A DNA stretch of 64,000 nt from Amphiscolops sp. MND2022 (taxonomy: Eukaryota), in contig OZ076409.1 of the NCBI GenBank assembly GCA_964187785.1, forward strand, positions 31,808,001-31,872,000, written 5' to 3'. Made by a program: the position numbers and the translations under genes. Below are positions 46,886-58,177 of this stretch, one piece after another; position 1 is the first letter of the stretch, and every line of letters starts with the position of its first letter. The notes below the pieces were generated by a model. The model had not been told where the DNA came from. It saw nothing but the letters and a program-made list of their open reading frames with translations, and ran no database searches.

Positions 46886-48844
46886 AAAGCGCTGCAGGAT
46901 TTCATAACGCTAGGTAGTGATGGTCTCTTGTGGAAATCCCTGACTTCTAAGACCTTCTAGAGCGTCCAAATACTGCATCCAGTCCTCTTTTTCCCGCTGG
47001 ACGCGGCTTTGGAAGGCTTGCCGCACTTGCATGCGATTCCCTCCAGCGACGAAGCGGCTGTACAACAGCTCGAACACCTTCTCGGGGGTATCGCGTTCAG
47101 ATTCGGCTTTGTTGATGATGTAGTTGCGAGCTTCACCTTCGAGGTGACCAATGATGCTCCAAGCTCGGTCTTCGGCCGAGACATTTGTTTGAGCTCTTTT
47201 CAGGTACCTTGGCATGATTAGGATCCATCCATCGATAGACCCGTCCTTGGAGCCGCGATACATGTTGGGCCTTGTTTGAGCCATGTCCCTCCCTGCCAAC
47301 AGAGGAGCCAGTTCCTTAGACATGGCTTTGGATATGGCTGCCGTGAATCTCAGCTGCTCAGGGGAGATGGTCCCTGCCTCTTCGTCCCTCGGTTCCACTT
47401 CACGCGCTCCGCCCTCGCTACCGTGAGTGGCTTGCACGGATATGTCCGCAGTCTCTTCCTTCCTTCGAGTGCTGCTCGCGCAAGGAGTGCCCGAAGGCAT
47501 TCCGTCGTCGGCTGTCAAGTACAGTGAATCTGGTGCGGATACCGTGATAGGGGCCGTCACGTATGCGGTTCCCTCAGTTTGGGACACTAACGTGGCCTTG
47601 GTGCTGGATAAATCAACTTCAGTAGAGGAATCTAGATAGATTGTAGACATCGGATCCACGCCTTGATCTCGAGTGGTGCCTAGGGCTGTGGAGGGCCTTG
47701 ATGAATCTGCCGAGTCATGGGGTCCTCTCATCTGCACTCGTGCAGGCTTGCGTTCCGTATCAGGCATAGTGAGCACTAAATTCCCGGCTGCTCCATTGCT
47801 TCGAGTCTCAGACGTTGCCGACCTGGAGGTGCTGGGCTTTAGTGCACTCACCAGTTCAGGTTTTATCGCTCGCCTTGGGTGAGGCGGTTCCCTGGCTCGG
47901 GCCGAGCTTCCGCCTTGCACGCCTTCTCCCAGGCTAGGTTGTCGCGGGAGTGACCTTTCGCGCCTCATGACGTTGATGGCATTGAGTACGGTGTGCATTT
48001 GTTTGCCCAAGTCATTGATCTGGGTCTCCACGCGCAATTTGCGGGCCATCAGCCTGTCGTTCATTTCGCCCATTCGGTGGCCTAATGCATCCACTCGAGC
48101 ATTCTGCACGTTTTGTGCGGTACGCAACTGATCGCTGATCTGCAATCCTTCTCGCATTGTCGTCTGCATCGTCTTGATGTTCTCTACGATGGCGTGGTGT
48201 TGCTCGTTGCATTCAGCACGAGTGCTGGCTGGCCCGGCTAGAGCGCGTTGGGTCTCGGCCTGGGCCTCCAGCAGTGCCGTCTTGTACACCGAAGACCGTT
48301 GTGACGAGGCCACGGAATTGGTCATGCTCCGCACGCGGGACGCCTCTGGGCGGCGCTCGCCTGCATTCACCATGGGCGGTCGAACCTTCTTGTGTTTCCC
48401 ATGGGCACATACTCGAGGGGGTCCTCGAGCGATTCCACACCCTCGTGATCTCGTATAGGCCATGCCTCCCACATAAGTGAGGTCCTGGTCCATGGCTTGT
48501 GGGCCAGGATTTGCCTCCGCGCCCAGGGGTGCGCGCGAGCACCCTTCCTCAGCGGCTGGTTCATTGGTCACATTTTAGTTGGGCCAACCTTCTTCCATCT
48601 CGTTGGTCCTCTCGCGGCAGGTCTCATCAACACATTGCTCGGTTCAGCGAGAATTTCCAGTAACGACCGAGCCCTCGGAGGGAGGAACCATAGCGGCCAA
48701 CTCCTCCTTGCGTTGTTGTTCGATAGTAACTTCGTCAGACATGACTTCTGAAAAATGTGAACCGTCCATCGAGGATTCAACGGTGACCCAAGACTGCGAA
48801 CTCATGTTGGATTTCGCCGGTTCTAGCGTGACTAATACGCTCAA
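46886..48844 (-). pseudogene. gag: Gag-like ORF (coiled-coil N-terminus plus capsid-like region), frameshifted
   Basis: YRGSKDGSIDGW, LEGEARNY and FQSRVQREKEDWMQYLDALEGL (retrotransposon gag homology region). The 5' end is uncertain and may extend to ~49170. Confidence 0.8.
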
Positions 48845-51287
48845 TTCTAGCAGTCAAGCAGACGCTAGCAATTCAGAGGGCCTCAGGCTAGGTTTCCGAA
48901 GATGCTGGAGCCGATGGAGCAAGATCAGCCCTTCACTCGTCCCGGTGAAGACTTAAGAAAATTGATGTTTTTCAATGTCCAAGATTTTTCAAAACACGTT
49001 CTAAGGCTCGTAGGCTGTTCAAATTTGCACAGCGCTTTCCCGCAAGCACACTGGGCCAGAAAAGCAACCTGGTTTAGGGCAAAAAGTCTCCAGTCACCCA
49101 CAGGAAGAAAAATCGCACCACAACACTCAAGAGGCTCGTGTGTGCACTGGAAGCGCCGTATCGAGCCCAAAATTGACCAGCAGATCTTAGGTAAACGTAG
49201 GTTTACGAAATTGAACTCAGATTTGAGCGGCGCCCCTTCAACACAGTTTCGCCTAGGTACAGACGTGCGGTACCACTATGTACCGAAATACACTGTTTTT
49301 CACGTCTTTTTCAAGATTGCGGTCCACTGGAATGAGCTAGCAAGCTCAAAATCTCAGCAACAACGTAAGAACTAGCACAAGTTACAATGGTGGGCTGCAA
49401 TATAGCCCCACTCGTCGGCTAAGGTACCCGGGTTACTCGGAAAAATTAAGAAAAACTTGCCTTTTTGCGCACCTTTGTGGGTGCCGCGTTTTTCCTATTT
49501 TCTCAACAAGTATCACACAGATCGGCACCAAACTTGGTAGTTTATGCCAGTGGGCACCTACGATGCCACTGATATGGTCGACTTGAAGCGCGAGCGCTTA
49601 TTTAAGGTTTTGATCCACTATGTACGTTGTACAAAAAAAACACTGTTTTTGACTACTTTTTTCACAAATTGACCAAGAGGATCACCTCAGGAAGTGATAC
49701 GGCGGGCAAAACGGGACCAACGTGTTGCCCCACTATCCGTAACACTGGGATAAACCCTCAATTGGTTGTGCCCGTTGGGTATAAGGCACTGACAGTCCTG
49801 CAGTTTTGGATTTTTTCGGTCCTCTTACGCTTCTCTGAAGTCGAAACGTCAGAGAGCTTTTCTGAATTTTGGTGAGCGATACGCTCACCAAATTTTCGGC
49901 ACTAGCGTTTATTTTAGTGGTGGTTACGAAAATGCAACCACTTTTTGGCTAGGATTCAGGAATCGATGACCCGACCCTAACTCAGAAACAGTCCAGTTAT
50001 GTGGAAAATTGGTCAAATTCAGTGCGTTTTTCCACTTTTCTCAGCACTGAATGGGAGTTTTTACGCGCGATTTTCACCACCACGCGTTATTTTTACTACA
50101 AAAACAGAAAATGAGGGCGTTCCAGCCCGCTCCGTTCAAATAAGCTTCGCTCTCAAGACTTTCAGACAATGCACTTTCCATGCCTGAAAGTGCCTTAAAT
50201 CACAAGTTTTCCGCACTGTGTCAGCCCCAGGCTGCCTAAATCCGCTGCAAAAGTTGCAGTTAGTGTCCTGTGGGTTAGTTACGCTAGGGGTAACTCCGTA
50301 AACTGCTCTTTTACATCCTTACACATGTGTACTTTCGTGTTTTGGGTGCCCATTGGGCCAAATTTCCACTTTTTCTTCACTTTTCTGGCACCAAATTGGC
50401 ACTTTTATCACAACTGAAGGCCAAAATGCTGCCTTTCGTGACTTGTACTAGTTCTCTCGAGCTTTGTAGTTGCTTTTTTTGTATTTTTCACAAAGTGTTC
50501 CGTGTTCCATTGAGCACTGGTGCTCGAAACCAAGGAAATACCGAAAAAAAACGCAAAATTGAGGTTTTTCGTCCCAAGTGCCATCTTTTTCACAGAAAAA
50601 CACTTCATGGGGCCCCGTTACATTTGTGATAAACTTTTACTGACCTGCATCAACTATTCCCCGTCGAAAAAAGTGCATTTTCAAAATTTTCGCCAACCAC
50701 GAGCCATCTGAGCGACGCGTCTGGTCACAGGGGTACATCTTCACCACGCTTTTTCTCCACATCTAGACCAGATAGAGACACGCGATTTGGACCATTAGCA
50801 TTGTCTACTATTGCACTTGCTGTCCACCAAAAACCATACCTCTAGGACGTCTCCACGTGAAATGGGAGTAGAAAACAGGCAACACACAATTTGACCCTTC
50901 CCTCGCCTCCCCCCATCCACCAGTTACCTTCTTGCATGGCATAAAATGGCTGAAAATAGCTTGAAAAACCTGTTAGACACCCGTAGCCACGCGCTACGGT
51001 TCTCTGTACCTGCAAAAAGATACCCGCTGATGGGCACACAACACATCACACAAAAATAGCGATTTCCTTCTAAAACACCTAAAAACACCATTTTCGCACC
51101 TGAAAACGTGATTTTTCCGGCACCTGAAACGTGGTTCAACGCCTCTCCCGGCTCCAGTAGGATGTAGTACGACTAAAAACAGGTAAAACTCTGCTTCTCT
51201 CCCCTTTTCCAGAGTCGAAACGGGCTTGGCGCTGATCACCAGGGGGCCAGATCTTTTAAAAACCGGTAGGGAAAGTTTCCCAAGACG

Positions 51288-51305
51288 ATCCCTCTGTGGT
51301 CGCCA
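51288..51305 (-). promoter_or_regulatory. Primer-binding site, tRNA-Arg-like
   Basis: Minus strand TGGCGACCACAGAGGGAT; TGG complements CCA, and TGGCGACC resembles tRNA-Arg PBSs of Gypsy elements. Confidence 0.65.
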
Positions 51306-51320
51306 AAAAATGAGTTTCTA

Positions 51321-52035
51321 TGTAACGATAAGCGCTGGCGCTTGAACCGCAACTTAGAATGGAGGAACCAAAGCAGCAAATAGGATCCGGGACCTAGATC
51401 TCCGCGGCCCTAGCTCATTTTCCCTCCGAAGGAGCCAGTCACAGGGTGGGGGAACCGTCTTGTAAGAAACTCTCTGGCCTGGTCCTAGTCTGTAACTGCT
51501 AAAAGTAACAGGCATCTTGCATGACTCAAGACCACTGCTCAACTAGCCTCTAAAAAGGGTGCTGAAAACTAGAGAAGGTTGAACCATAGTCTTGGAGAAT
51601 CTGATAAAATCGCCAAATTGGGTAAACAAATACAGATGTTAAGGGCAGCTCTCGAGCATATCAATCTACTGCAAGGAAAACATTATAAAATCAAGAGTTT
51701 GAGTCACTCGATGGAAATTGACCTCGGCTTCCCAGCGCTAGCGCTAGTCACCACACAGGACACCGTGGGAGTTCTTAGGCAAGCATGGGGAACACTGGTT
51801 TCCGCTACGAAAGCAACGTTAATCTCCCAGGGATGGGCACAATACCGTGTTCTGCAGATGGAATAGACGTCTATACAGCCGTCTCTTGTGCTCGTTCTTC
51901 TTGTGCGGGCGGCGTCTTCTGCTTTTTGCCGTTTTATTTCTGACAGGTCTTTCACCTTTAACATGTATGGGTGCCACGTCAGACCTTGAACGAATTTTTG
52001 CATCGAAAATTTCGTTGTGGGCAGTTGCCGTTACA
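51321..52035 (-). repeat. 5' LTR
   Basis: TGTAAC...GTTACA; direct repeat of 33411-34120. Confidence 0.95.
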
Positions 52036-52898
52036 AGGCGTTTAAGGGTCCTGAAAACAATAATGCTTGTAGCGTTGATCTTTCTTTCTCCTTCTGGAAG
52101 GTTGCAACAGTGTCAGTGCAATATCTCCTCAACAATCATTACTCGTGCATTGGCTTGATTGGATTTTTGAAAATACCTGCGATGGTCAGATATACATACA
52201 TCAACCTATCCGTAAAAAAGTGGAGGTACCTTTGCCAATTGAGCTACAAAAGCAACGTATCGTCGATGAAACACAGGCATTTCTCTTAGGGTTCGAAATA
52301 CTGAAGCTAGGGGGTGACACGATATATTTCAAAACTTTACACTGAGAAAGTAATTTTTTCTACATTACTTCATTGATCGCCTCAAATTGTCACTCAGTTT
52401 GATTCGAGAACTGGGCAAAGAAGCAACGCAATGTGATTAACATCAATTAGGTTCTTGAACCGGCGAGGGTTACTTGAAAACACCTAATATTGAATTTTTC
52501 TCTTCATAAAATCGAAAGAATCGCAAGCATTTTAATTTGTGGAAAAAACTATACATTTACGATTTTCAACATAATTTATGAAGCTAGCATATTGCGTCTT
52601 TTTTTGCATTCAATGAAAAACATCGATTGAATGAAGTGTGCTATAGTAAAGAATTGAACGAAGAACCTAAAAAAGGAGAAAAGCTCAACGTATGCGTTTC
52701 ACTAGATTTTCAAGGTAAAAAATTATTCGTACAAAGGCGAGACAAAAAATTTTCATAAAGAAATCGGCTTGATGCTGGACATGTAACACATCAATTCATC
52801 CAGTAGGGGAGTACTGACTTCGTATAGGTCCTTGAAACGTTTGAAGGTGCAGTTAGAATATATTTGGTATGTTTTTCACTATCAGAGAGCGAGAGCCA

Positions 52899-53008
52899 GT
52901 GAATTGCGTTCCAAAGAGAAAAACTGATGATTTGTTCTCTTCATATCCAACAATTGTTGGATATGAAGAGAACAAATCATCAGTTTTTCTCTTTGGAACG
53001 CAATTCAC
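52899..53008. repeat. Perfect 110-bp palindrome with no spacer
   Basis: 55-bp arms centred on caattg (52951-52956). Confidence 0.95.
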
Positions 53009-55372
53009 CGTCCAAAAAGGTTAACTTTTTTTGATTGCAAATGCCTCAATATCGAGGATTTGAAGCTCTTGTGGATTTTAGATACACTGTAAATTGAAAA
53101 ATAGTTTGTGACAAGGCATCAGTAGATCAGCTTCTATAGACTAAATTAAGTTGACTGATTTCATGGAAACTAAGAAAAAAATGAAATTTTGAAGTACCCC
53201 TTCCAGAAACGGGTGGGCCACAATCGTCTCAACATTACTCTCGCGTATCTCAAAGAGAACCAAAGATATCATTTCCTTGTTCTGTTGTGATAAACTGGAA
53301 TACTTTGCTCAGGTGATTGGTTTTTGATAACTAGGTATGAAGAACAGCAAAGCCGAAAAATTTGTATATTCGAAACGAATGGAAGGCTCCACTTCATCAG
53401 GAACTAATATTGTTACTTCACTCGCTCCAGACTCACCTCCTAAAAAATCAGTTAGCTACAGCTAACATACTGATCAGTTATCTCCACTTTCATTTCACCT
53501 ACTAAAATCAACTCTCCATTAATCTGTGTCCATTCAATTACAAAATGATTGTTGAAAGTGTTTGAACCCTCAACCCTGCAGATTGGAAAAATTGCCATAA
53601 TTGAAGTGAAACCAAAACAATAACCTGAATTTGAAGTCGTTTCAATCTCTACTCTCTTTATGAAGCGAATTGGGAAAAGAATCCAGAAAAACTTTTGAAG
53701 AATTCAGAAAAGTGTTAGAGAAATAACAACGTGCTTAACAACAGTGTAGCATAGATTATCATCAAAATGCAGAACCCACAAATCACTTTTGTCTTTTCTT
53801 GAAAACTTCGTTTTTGCACTGCTTTTATTAGTGTATGAATTCTGAAATCAGTATGAATCACTGCAAACTTTTTTCAATAGCACAATTTTTGTGAATTCTT
53901 GAAAACACATTTTGGTTAGTGCGAAATCCCACTTTTGTCAATACTTGAAAAAATCGAAAATTTCAAGGTTGGTGTCGTAAAGCTGAAGCCGATAAACAAC
54001 TTTCAAATTTTCAAACTGGAATTAAACATTTGTTCAAGTAAATGAAATAATTGTATATCTCCGCCATTTTCTCAGAAATTGTTTTCAGTATTTTCGCCAG
54101 AAAGTCGGCTTCAAATAATTGCACCTTAACTTTTGTGTTTTAGTTCCTTTGTCTCAAAACAGTTTCTGACTGACAGGGGCAAAAAAGTTGCAGAAATTGT
54201 TTTCAAAAATGATTGGAGAATCTGTAGAGTCGGCAAATACATCTGTTTTTAAACGTGCAGTGTGATATCTGTCATTTCCAGTTATTACATGTTTCCATTT
54301 CAGCCAATGTTAAAGCAGTGTCAAATCAATAAGATTTTGATATTCAAGATTTCGAACTTCAATAATTAAAAGTTTGTTATATATTTTTTGTAATTAAATC
54401 CACCAGAACACTACACCTTTCCATTTTGTTATTCAATAAATTTATTAACGGATCAATTGAAGATTTAAATTTCATGCCTATTTCGAATTAAAATCTGATA
54501 GTCTACTCGTTCGACTATAGCGCCATAAAGTTCGATTGATGTACTTCAATCTTGTTGCTATGCAACGTAATTAACCGTTTCGTTTTGGAGACCGCAACGG
54601 AGGTGACTCTTCGCTCATTTAAGGGGAAACTAAAAGTTTCGAGCCTACTGGGGGATTGTTAACTGAGCAGATCCAAAAAATATAATCGCGAACGGAACTG
54701 TGGTAATTTAAGGAAACGCAACATCAATGAAAAGGAAACTGTTATTTAGAGTGAAAAAGCTACGCTTGTTACTTGCTTCATTCCAAATCAGCCACTGCGC
54801 GATAATTCCTATCTTAGTACATGTATATCGAAGAAATTTTACCTTTCGAGCATGATATTTCAAAAACGGTTGATAATTTTGGAAATCGAAAAATATCCAT
54901 AGATTCAGTAGAGTTGTAGAGTTATTTGCCATAAAACTTGGCAAAAAAATTGCGGATAAACCGGTCAAAAATTGGTAAAACGGAAAACGCCCCAAATTTG
55001 CTCAAAATCAGCTAATTGTAACGTTCTCAATTTTTGTCCCAAAAAAATTTAAAACAAGACGGGAACGTCTAAATTCGGCGCTATATCTAAGGCTCAAAAA
55101 GCGCAGAGTTTTCTAAATATGCCCAGGATGTATTCATGAAAAGCTTTGAAAACACTTTCGAGACACCCAAAGTAGTCGTAGGGGAAATCCCGATTCGGGC
55201 CACCAAAACCCCAAAAATTAAAAGTCCTCAAAACCATTGATTTTAAGGACTTTTTAGAAAACAAATCATCAAAAATAGTGTTTTTACCATGAAGCAAAAT
55301 TCACTAACCTCTATAGTTTAATGTCAACGTTGCAACCAGCGTTCAATGTGTAATAATAACATGTTGCTGTAT

Positions 55373-55491
55373 AACCAACGTTAATGTACAACCAACGTTA
55401 ATGTACAACCAACGTTAATGTACAACCAACGTTAATGTACAACCAACGTTAATGTACAACCAGCGTTAATGTACAACCAACGTTAATGTAC
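55373..55491 (+). repeat. 17-bp tandem repeat x7 (aaccaacgttaatgtac)
   Basis: Direct read; one unit has a substitution. Confidence 0.95.
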
Positions 55492-55535
55492 CGGCGCATA
55501 CATTATTCTTATATAACTACAACTAACATTGATTC

Positions 55536-55620
55536 GTCTCCTATAGCTTAGTGGTTATAGCATTGACTAAAGTAAAGGCTTCGGCCGGAGTGTTTGGGGT
55601 TCACTTCTATCCAACGTCCC
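55536..55620 (+). other. tRNA-like / Pol III promoter-like segment (degenerate)
   Basis: A-box-like TAGCTTAGTGG in a D-arm-like context and a weak B-box-like GGTTCACTTC; no full cloverleaf. Confidence 0.3.
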
Positions 55621-55817
55621 CCAGTCTTTGTTACAACTTACATGCTATGGGAGAATAATCACCAATGGCACAGTTCTTAAAAAGGATAATCCCTGCTGTG
55701 GAAACTCTTAGTGGAACCGACTCCCGATGGGCTTTGAGTTTACCATAGGCATGTCAATGCGCGAAGCTGCGGGCATGCCTATGGGTTTTGTATTTTTCAG
55801 CTTTTTCATCTTAATAA

Positions 55818-56438
55818 ATGTATGAAACTCCGTCTCTTCATAAGTTTGGTTATTCTAGTGAACAGCTAAAACTGAGGGAATATCAGGAGCTAAAAGATAT
55901 GATAAAAAGTCAAGAAAAATTAGCCCAAATAACACATTCCAAATTAAAAAAAGATTTGCAACGTGATTTTGAAAATGACATAGAAAATCAAGTAGAAGAA
56001 AAAATGCTAGACGTGAAGCTGCATCAAACACTAGACCCACAGGAAGTTCGAAATGTTTTATTAAACACAAAGTTAATGAATGATATTTATTCCCAGTTTT
56101 CAGACCTTTCAAAAACCTTAAATAAGTTAGAACAAAGTATGAAAAAAACTTTCGCCGAACAAAGAACTGCTTTAGTAAATGAGGTACTAAATTTAATACA
56201 CAATAATTGTTTTGAAATGTTAACAGTCCGTAACTTAAAGTTTCTGAGTTCAGTGGGTCAAGCCGGAATGATTTTAAATGAAAATGAAATGAATAAAATT
56301 TTTAATAGCCTAGATCAAAATAAAATTACTATAACTAACAACATAATTCAACTGCTTTATGACAAAGGTTTGTTCGATTCCTTTCCCAATAAAGATCAAG
56401 CTTTTGCAAATTATTTAAATTTAATGAATCCTATTTAA
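55818..56438 (+). CDS. Hypothetical coiled-coil protein
   Basis: 206-aa intact ORF in AT-rich DNA, preceded by taataaATG like its neighbour. Confidence 0.6.
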   Translation: MYETPSLHKFGYSSEQLKLREYQELKDMIKSQEKLAQITHSKLKKDLQRDFENDIENQVEEKMLDVKLHQTLDPQEVRNVLLNTKLMNDIYSQFSDLSKTLNKLEQSMKKTFAEQRTALVNEVLNLIHNNCFEMLTVRNLKFLSSVGQAGMILNENEMNKIFNSLDQNKITITNNIIQLLYDKGLFDSFPNKDQAFANYLNLMNPI

Positions 56439-56623
56439 AGGAAAAGTATGGAAAAACAATACCTATTTCAGATGGTGAATATTATCTGTCTGATTTAGAA
56501 CATTCTACCAGACAATCAATTCTGGAGTCATTGAAAAAAGATTCCTATAAAGACCTTGTTGATATGAAACACAGAATGAAATTAACACCAACGAAAATAA
56601 ATTTCATTTTATATCATTAATAA

Positions 56624-57205
56624 ATGGAACAAAAACTCTATCCCTCCCTGACCCCAACAATTCCCCCCTCCGCACCATTTGATGTAGAATCAATGATAAA
56701 TAAGCGATTGCAAAGCGAATTACAAAAAGTAAATAGTTTCAATAATTCTATTCAAAACATTAGTCTAATGATGAAATATTATGAAATGGAAGAAAAGAAA
56801 TACAAACAGAAATACAACAAATACAAGCTAATAAATAACATAATTAACTCCCTCGATGGCATTATAGTGATTGGAACAACTTCAGCATCAATCTCACTAA
56901 GTATTACTGGTGTGGGCATTATAGTTGTTCCAATCACTGCAGGAGTTGGTTGTGCAACTGGTTTTCTTCTTAAAACTTGTTCCAGTTATTTGAAGAAAAA
57001 GGAGCAAAATTATAAACTTAAGTACGCTATTAATCAGAAGACACTTGACGACTTTAGACAACTTTATATCACTAGCCTAAAAGACAATCATGTAGATGAA
57101 AAAGAATATCAACGATTTGTGACTCAATTTGAAAATTATCGTGTAGCTTCACACGAAGCTTCAGGTAGCTTCACACACAAAATCACACACATGTGTACGA
57201 AGTAG
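56624..57205 (+). CDS. Membrane protein resembling a Polinton-associated family (LYPxL/PSAP N-terminus)
   Basis: KLYPSL...PSAP, basic helix KKYKQKYNKY, Gly/Ala-rich hydrophobic hairpin, C-terminal SLKDNHVDEKEY. Confidence 0.6.
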   Translation: MEQKLYPSLTPTIPPSAPFDVESMINKRLQSELQKVNSFNNSIQNISLMMKYYEMEEKKYKQKYNKYKLINNIINSLDGIIVIGTTSASISLSITGVGIIVVPITAGVGCATGFLLKTCSSYLKKKEQNYKLKYAINQKTLDDFRQLYITSLKDNHVDEKEYQRFVTQFENYRVASHEASGSFTHKITHMCTK

Positions 57206-57301
57206 CACTTGGTGGGTCCGTACACGAAACGGGCATAAGGTGGGACGTACACACTTTTCCCTTGGTGGGACATACACAAAAACTTTAACTTGGGTATTAA
57301 T

Positions 57302-57740
57302 AATACTTATTGACATGCACTGGTGGGACCTTAACACAAAATCTTTTTTGCGATTTTCAGCTATCTAGAATACTTATTGACATGCATTGGTGGGACCTTA
57401 ACACAAAATCTTTTCGGCGATTTTCAGCTATCAAGAATACTTATTGACATGCACTGGTGGGACCTTAACACAAAATCTTTTCGACATTTTTCAGCTATCA
57501 AGAATACTTATTGACATGCATTGGTGGGACCTTAACACAAAATCTTTTTTGCGATTTTCAGCTATCTAGAATACTTATTGACATGCATTGGTGGGACCTT
57601 AACACAAAATCTTTTCGGCGATTTTCAGCTATCAAGAATACTTATTGACATGCACTGGTGGGACCTTAACACAAAATCTTTTCGACATTTTTCAGCTATC
57701 AAGAATACTTATTGACATGCATTGGTGGGACCTTAACAAA
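57302..57740 (+). repeat. 67-bp minisatellite x6.5 with ABC-ABC higher-order structure
   Basis: Units start at 57302, 57369, 57436, 57503, 57570, 57637 and 57704; variable segments repeat with period three. Confidence 0.95.
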
Positions 57741-58177
57741 ATATTATGTTTTCCAATGTTATTCTTTACGAATGAAACTCGGTCATTGGAGAGAGCAAAG
57801 TATTGTAGCTACTGAATCAATTATTGATATTGAAAAAGAGGAGACAATCATTTATTGCATTTATTGTAAATGAATTTTTCAATATTGACTGAATGGTATT
57901 TACATTCCAATAACTTTGGAATTTACAATACTGGATTTACACTCCAGTAACTCCATATTTGTTGTACACCTACTGAATAGTTTTCATGTACCTTACTCTT
58001 TACAGTACAGTTTGCTGGTAACGAGTTGACTGGTAAATCAAAAATCAAAGACATTGCAAGTGTTTTATTCAGCCCAAACAACGTTATTACAACTCAAGTG
58101 AAGTTTCATACAATCTGGATTTGTTTGAAACGATCTCATAGTTCATACTGTTTCTTTATCCTGTCACTGATAACTGA

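Larger units (their letters stand above)
33411..52035 (-). mobile_element. Large Ty3/Gypsy LTR retrotransposon (18.6 kb), degenerate, with extra coding capacity
   Basis: Two ~710-bp direct repeats with TGTAAC...GTTAC(A/T) ends. Domain order PR-RT-RH-IN. PBS and PPT in minus orientation. AAGG at 33407-33410 and 52035-52038 is a probable 4-bp TSD that shares the terminal A. Confidence 0.96.

Noticed and set aside
35080..49375. Numerous + strand ORFs inside the LTR element
   Set aside because: Antisense shadows of GC-rich minus-strand coding sequence, with no recognisable motifs.
49868..49892. 11-bp hairpin in the retroelement leader as a packaging or dimerisation signal
   Set aside because: Too short to distinguish from chance without comparing other copies.
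11640..52035. Near-identical lengths of the Polinton (18,610 bp) and the LTR element (18,625 bp)
   Set aside because: No shared sequence or mechanism, and the Polinton length is inflated by the microsatellite; treated as coincidence.
54619..54730. TTAA-GG starts suggestive of a Kolobok- or piggyBac-type terminus
   Set aside because: No matching inverted terminus found in the window.
57302..57740. 67-bp array as a CRISPR array
   Set aside because: The variable parts are short and themselves repeat (ABC-ABC), there are no unique spacers or cas genes, and the context is eukaryotic.
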